From contig BQFW01000007.1 of assembly GCA_020891255.1 (NCBI GenBank), positions 2,046,001-2,110,000 on the forward strand: a stretch of 64,000 nucleotides of DNA, given 5' to 3'. Below the pieces are notes generated by a model that saw only the letters and a list, made by a program, of their open reading frames with translations, made no database searches and was not told the origin of the DNA. Made by a program: the position numbers and the translations under genes. Origin of the DNA: Entomortierella parvispora E1425. Its lineage: Eukaryota; Fungi; Mortierellomycota. This document shows positions 62,301 through 64,000 of the stretch, piece after piece; within the stretch, counting starts at the first letter, position 1; every line of letters begins with the position of its first letter.

Positions 62301-64000
62301 GAGTCAATGTCTAGGACTATATCAAGTTTAGAGGGGGATGCTTTTGAGGCCCAAGCATTGCTAGAGGACAAGGATCGAGCTATTGGGCGATTAATGAAAC
62401 AGTTGGAGCACCAGCAGGACCTTTTCATGAAGCTAGACGAGCAACAGCAAAGAACCATGGAACTTGCAAGGTTACAACAACAAAATCAAACTAAAGTCAG
62501 TGATTCAGGACTTAAAGCCTCGAATGCCAAGGTGGAGGAGCTGACAGCTGTTTTGGGAGTTGTTGGCAGGCGACTGCAGAAAATTCTTCAACTCCAGCAG
62601 CAGAATCATGGAAACCACATGGCAGATTCCAACACCACCCATGCTACGTTACAGGATGAGGGGCATCGGTCCCAAAAGCCTCAACGTAACAGAAGTGCTC
62701 AGAAATGGCCCTCCGAAACAACCCTTCTCTCAAAGACTTCGACGATTCAAAACCAGGAACCGCAGTTGGCAGCCATGCAGGAGGATTTTAACCACACACA
62801 GCCTTCTGACGAGACAGGACAGGTCGAAGCAGACTCTCGAACAAAAACTGGCGAAAGAGTGCCGAATAAGGCGATTCAAAAACAGGTTTATGATGGAGAG
62901 AAAGAATCAGAAGTGGCCTATGTTTCTCCAGAAAGCATCCAATCGATTTTGGATGCCCTTGAGGAGCATGCGTCGGTCTCGCAGAGCAAGATGGCAGTCC
63001 TCGAAGGCGAATTGGGTCTTCTTCGGCGACAGTCGTTGGTGCTGAGCCAGAGTCGAGCCAATAGCGTTAAAGTCAAGTCCCCCAGTAAGAAAGGCGCGGC
63101 CGTAGAGGAAACGATCCGGGCAGCGCTGGAAAAAAGTCTCAAGGACGCACTGCTGGAAAAAGAGATGGCCAGGCAGGAATTGGAAAATGAACGCCAACGC
63201 TGGCAAGATGATCAAAACCATCGTATCCGTGCACTGGAGGAGAGTATAGTTGCAGTTGAAGATCAAGAGCAATTTCAGTTGATGCATGCGGTCGATACTG
63301 TCGGATCGTCGGAGCTCAAGGACAGCATGGTGGTGGAGCTTCGGAGACAGCTGCGGGAAGCAATTGATGAAATCGATGTGCTCAGTCTTCAACAGCAATC
63401 AAGCCTCAAGTCCATGCGACAGCTGTTTGATCTATTGCCTGATTCCAGGAGAAAAAGTCATTTACAGCTCTTTTCCTCACACCAACAGCTCCAGCAAATG
63501 ATCGCAATGAACAGTAGCCCTAAAGGCGCATCGGACGCTTCTTCTGGAAGAGCAAGCCCAGCTGGGAGCATATCCTCGTTGACGGCATCTGGTGCTGTAG
63601 GGTTCACTATGGAGGCCTTGATCGTGCGCGTGAAGGAGTTGGTGGCAAGGTCTCAGCAACTGGAGCAGGACAATACCGAGCTTCGACAACACCTACAACG
63701 ACCAACGAACGGGGATACCGGACACGCCGGTCATGAGCATCCACACCCAGAGGATAACAGTGACCCCCACTCTACCTGGATTCTCAAATCCGACCTGGAG
63801 CGACTTCAAGCAAGTTCGGGTATGGTCCAGTTGCTAGAGAAAGAACTTGAGCTATTGAAGCAACACACCGACATGTTGCTGGACGAGAATGCACGGTTGG
63901 CTGATCTAGCAGCAGCGACAACTACTGGTGTTAATCAGGCGGCGGTGACAACATTTTCTCAGGGTGGTCGACCATCCGTGGAAAAACTAAGCCTGGAAGA
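59302..64000 (+). CDS. Uds1 (Up-regulated During Septation) domain coiled-coil protein; 3'-truncated by the window edge
   Basis: Candidate exons 59302-59310, 59376-59428 and 59670-61734, then after intron ~61735-61862 SSRIAALTARLSLESKIREAAQSL...ANRKVDQVATELW...QRTLLQHTSGVLALG. The preceding AAVDSKGFEVL is typical of the Uds1 domain. An open coiled-coil exon runs from ~62300 to the window end (...FTMEALIVRVKEL...). Confidence 0.85.

Overview
Intron-rich eukaryotic DNA, most likely from an early-diverging fungus. The Mortierellaceae-like assignment is my inference from gene content, about 50% GC, poly-T introns and long Q/S/P-rich low-complexity exons. I can support 13 protein-coding genes, reconstructed by hand across GT-AG introns: the 3' end of a formin (+); an uncharacterised coiled-coil protein (-); PEP7/VAC1 (-); MET6 (+); myotubularin YMR1 (+); a CLIP-170/Bik1-type CAP-Gly protein (-); a single-domain DIP2/CMR2-like adenylate-forming protein (-); a SIR2 sirtuin (-); an SH3-WW-WW-PH-RhoGAP (+); a Usv1/NsdC-type C2H2 factor (-); a DEAH helicase (-); a class III-like eIF4E (-); and a CARMIL-like PH-LRR protein (-). 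A 14th gene, a Uds1-domain coiled-coil protein (+), runs off the right edge. I see no rRNA, tRNA, CRISPR array or transposon. The best leads are: several animal-like genes (CARMIL-like, eIF4E3-like, ARHGAP12-like); candidate RNA structures in MET6 (a perfect GNRA hairpin in the 3' UTR and mutually exclusive pairings over the intron-1 donor); micro-exons; and a DIP2-like protein with only one degenerate domain. All family calls rest on motif recognition, not on database searches.
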